Below, one piece after another: positions 60,187 to 64,000 of a DNA stretch of 64,000 nt (its first letter is position 1; the number at the start of each line of letters is the position of its first letter). Both the position numbers and the translations under genes were made by a program. The DNA is from Mobula hypostoma (Eukaryota): positions 243,104,001-243,168,000 of the forward strand of contig NC_086097.1 in the NCBI RefSeq assembly GCF_963921235.1. The letters run 5' to 3'. The notes beneath the pieces are model-generated. The model saw only the letters and a list, made by a program, of their open reading frames with translations, searched no databases and was not told the origin of the DNA.

Positions 60187-60515
60187 CTCTCTCATCACTC
60201 CATCTCTCATCACTCCATCTCTCATCACTCCCTCTCTCACCCCTCCCTCTCTCACCCCTTCCTCTCTCATCACTCCATCTCTCATCACTCCATCTCTCAC
60301 CACTCCCTCTCTCACCACTCCCTCTCTCACCACTCCCTCTCATCACTCCCTCTCTCACCACTCCCTCTCATCACTCCCTCTCTCACCACTCCCTCTCACC
60401 ACTCCCTCTCTCACCACTCCCTCTCTCACCACTCCCTCTCTCGTCACTCCCTCTCTCACCACTCCCTCTCACCACTCCCTCTCTCACCACTCGCTCTGTC
60501 GTCACTCCCTCTACC
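60187..60515. repeat. Pyrimidine-rich minisatellite (ctctcaccactccct-like, ~13-17 bp units)
   Basis: Direct tandem repeats, almost G-free on the + strand. Confidence 0.92.
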
Positions 60516-61184
60516 TTCTACCTAATGGCAGCAGTGAGAAGAGGAGTGGGGATCTCTGGTGATGGACATGATACTTGAATGGTACACCCACTGTTTCTTT
60601 TCATCTTTTGAGTTGTTTGTTTTTAATTCAGTTGTAACTGAGATGTTTCAAAGATTTCAAAGGTACATTTAATGTCAGAGAAATGTATACAATATAATCC
60701 TGCTTTCATTTCAGGATGTCATTCAAATGTAATTTTAAATGTAGTCATCGTGTTTTTAGTGATTGAATTTCCAATATGCTCTTTTCCATTGAATGGAGTA
60801 GCACTGCAAGCTTGTTAGCCTCAGCAAAAACAGTAAAGCTCTAACAAAAATAACTAACAGTATTGTTTCAAGAACCCTTTTTGCACACACCTCAAAAATT
60901 CTGCCCCATTTGAGCCTCTTGTAGAAAAGAAGTCCCAGTTAAAATAGGGGAAGTTTGACTGTCCTACTATGACATCTCTCGCACTTTCCATACTTTTACC
61001 ATATTATGTCGACATATCTGTTCCTCTGTCTGCTGGTGTCTCTTTGGGTGTCTACGGTATAATACCATCAGAGTGACTGATCCTTCCTTTTCATTTTTGA
61101 GCTCTACCCATATTGCCTCAGTGAATGAATCCTCCAGTGTGTCCTTTCTGAGTGCCTCCCTGATGAGTAAATACAATTTTCCCA

Positions 61185-62220
61185 TCACAAACAAGAGAAA
61201 ATCGACAGATGCTGGAAATCCGAGCAACACACTCAAAATGTGGACTCAGCAGTCCAGGCAGCATCTGTGGAAAATGTTTTGGGCCAAAATCCTTCAGCAG
61301 GCCTGGAGAAATGAGATAAGGAGTAAATTTAAAATGTGGAGTGGGGGAGGGAGAAACACCAGGTGTTAGGTGAAACTAGGAGTGGGATCCAAGCACAAAC
61401 AAGAGAAAATCTGTAGATGCTGGAAATCCAAGCAGCACACACAAAATGTTGGAGGAACTCAGCAAGCCAGGCTCCAATCAAGTGCTACACCTCCTCCTTC
61501 ACTGCCATTCAGGGCTCCAAACAGTCCTTCCAGGTGAGGCACCTGTGAGTCTGTTGGGGTCATATACTGTGTTCTGTGCTCTCGGTGTGGCCTCCTGTAG
61601 ATCAGTGAGACCCGACATAGATTGGGAGATCATTTCGCCAAGCACCCACGCTCCATCCACCTGAACAAGCGGGATCTCCCATTGTCCACCCATTTTAATT
61701 CCACTTCCCATTCCCATTCCGATATGTCAATCCATGCCCTCCTCTATTGTCATGATGAGGTCACACTCAAAGTTGGAGGAAAAACACCTAATATTCTGTG
61801 TGGGTAGCCTCCAACCTGATGGCATGAACATTGATTCCTCGAACTTCGGGTAATGTCCCCATCCCTCCTTCACCATTCCCTATTCCGTTTCCCTCTTCAC
61901 ACTATCTCTTTGTCTGCCGATTACCTCCCTCTGGTGCAACTGCTCCCTTTTCTTTCTTTCATCTGCCTCTGTCTTCACCTATTAGATCCCCCCTTCTCCA
62001 ACCCTGTATCTCTTTCACCAGTCAACTACCCAGCTCTTTACTTTTCCCCTCCCCTTCCCAGTGTCACCTATCACCTTGCGTTTCTCCCTCCCCTCCCCCC
62101 ACCTCCTCAACTTTTTGTCTCCAGTCCTGCTGAAGTCTCTTGGCCCAAAACGTCATCTGTACACTTTTCCATAAATGCTGCCTAGCCTGCTGAGTTCCTC
62201 CAGCATTTTGTGCATGTTGA
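61185..62220 (+). mobile_element. Penelope-like element: GIY-YIG remnant and tail (61480-62220) preceded by inverted tail pieces (61185-61475)
   Basis: VIYCVLCSRCG and ETRHRLGDHFAKH...HFNSTSHS GIY-YIG motifs. An inverted pseudo-LTR at the 5' side is typical of PLEs. Confidence 0.78.
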
Positions 62221-62879
62221 ATGCAATTTTCCCACCTTTTTTTCTGAATTTCTCACATCTAAAACACCAAAATGCTGGAGTTTTGAGCTGCCAGTCCTGT
62301 GCCCAATGTACTCTCCATTTTTTTTTATATATATATACAGGTGCATGAACCAATCATTGCACTGAGCAGAACATTTTTATATGGCCTGAAAACTGCGGAA
62401 CTCCAATTTTTTTTTGTAATTTGCATACTGTAAATACTTAGAATGAAAATTGAAAAATCACATAGTTTGGATTTTATTTATTAATGGAAGGGTATAAGTA
62501 CAACAAAGAAAATCTTTCATGTTTTGTAAACTTTTTCTAACTGCATCCAATCCCAGCTGCAAGGCAACAATGGCTATGTGCACGGGAGCATTTCAGTTAT
62601 TCCGCGGCTGTGCACCTGCGCAGCTTAGAGTAAAAAGTGTCTGTCCCTCTTAACACCAGTTTCCTTAATAGCCACATACACCTTAAACATATTGACCCTC
62701 ATAACAATGTTACTAGTTTCAGTGAAGGTCAACCTTTGATTTCTGACTGAGTGGATAGTGCTGACTCACATTCACCACAACTCTGAACTCATCTCCAACC
62801 TATAGACTCAGACTCTGGTTCTGAGTATTAATTTTTAAAATTTACACTATTTGTTTTCTGTTTCACATTCATTGTTGCT

Positions 62880-64000
62880 CAGCCTTTCCCATTGCTGCCC
62901 CAAGAAAGCAGCATCCATCAGCATGCACCCCCACCATCTAAGTCATGCTCTCTTCTCGTTATTACCATTGGCAGGACGTGCAGGAAAGTTAGGTCCCACA
63001 CCATCAGGTTCAGGAACTGTTATTACCCCACAACTACCAGGATCCTGAAACAATTGGACAACTTTACATATTTCAACACTGAACTGATTCTACAACCTAT
63101 AGACTCTCAAGATCTCTTTACAACTCGTTCTCGGTATTATTTCTCTAACTTGCACAATTGGTCTTTTCTTGCACATTGGTTGTTTGTCTGACTTTATTTA
63201 TGAATAGCTTTTCATGAATTCTATTGTATTTCTTTCTTTTCCTGAAAATTCCGACAAGAAAGTGAATCACACCAGAGGATCAGAGGTGGAGAGGGTCAGC
63301 AACTTTAAATTCCTCGGTGTTATCATTCTTCGATCTGTCATGGGGCCAATATGCAAGTGCCATCACAAAAAAGTATGGCAGACCTCTACTTCCTTAGAAG
63401 TTTGCAAAGATTCGGCATGGCATCTAAAACTTCGACCAACTTCGACAGATGTGTGGTGGAGAGTATATTAACTGGTTGCATCACAGCCTGATATGAAAAC
63501 ACCAATGCCCTTGAATGAAATTCCAATAAAAAGTAGTGGATATGGCCTAGTCCTTCAAGGGTAAAGTCTTCCCCAACATTGAGTACATCAACTGGAACGT
63601 TGTCGCAGGAAAGCAGCATCCATCAGCAATGACCCTCACCACTATCTTCTCACTGCTGTCATCAGGAAGGAGGTACAAGAGTCTCAGGACTCACAGTACA
63701 AGGTTCAGGCACAGTTATTACCCTCAACCATCAGGCTCTTGAACCAGAGGGGATAACTTCACTCAACATCACTTGCCCCATCGCTGAACTGTTCTCACAA
63801 CCCATGGGCTCACTTTCCAGGACTCGTCATCTCACATTCTCAATATTTATTTTATTTATTTATTTTTTATTATTATTAATAGTGGTATTATTTCTTTTTT
63901 TACTTTGTATTTGCACATAGATTGTTTGTCTGTTCTGTTGGGTGTGGTCTTTCATGGATGCTATTGTGTTTCTTTTATTTACTATGCATGCCTGCAAGAA
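62880..64000 (+). mobile_element. Rex1/Babar-type LINE 3' fragments
   Basis: EVERVSNFKFLGV, ESILTGCITAW-type and SLLLSGRRY-type DNA. Confidence 0.75.

Noticed and set aside
60043..60562. His/Ser- and Thr/Pro-rich ORFs
   Set aside because: These are translations of a simple tandem repeat.

Overview
Eukaryotic, repeat-saturated vertebrate DNA. The repeat repertoire suggests a cartilaginous fish such as a ray or skate (inference). No intact host gene, rRNA, genuine tRNA gene or CRISPR array is visible. The large majority of the window is transposon-derived: many CR1 LINEs (some near full length, with an SGNH-esterase ORF1), an RTE LINE, Rex1/Babar-type LINE fragments, Penelope remnants with minimal hammerhead motifs, an ORF1-only L1 derivative, a Rep-less Helitron, a Tigger/pogo derivative, a Tc1 DD34E element, a Gmr1-type Gypsy provirus (integrase before RT), a decayed Sushi-like Gypsy, solo LTRs and several SINE-like families. 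Two deeply nested insertion stacks (4718-18083 and 35740-43632) can be reconstructed from target-site duplications. Under the insertions lies a tandem segmental duplication carrying two diverged copies of a probable coding exon on the minus strand, with a signal-peptide-like leader exon upstream. A separate 63-bp candidate exon lies on the plus strand. I found no convincing wholly new biological system. The most novel-looking items are the non-autonomous Helitron and L1 architectures and the buried duplicated gene relic. Coordinates of old repeats are approximate.
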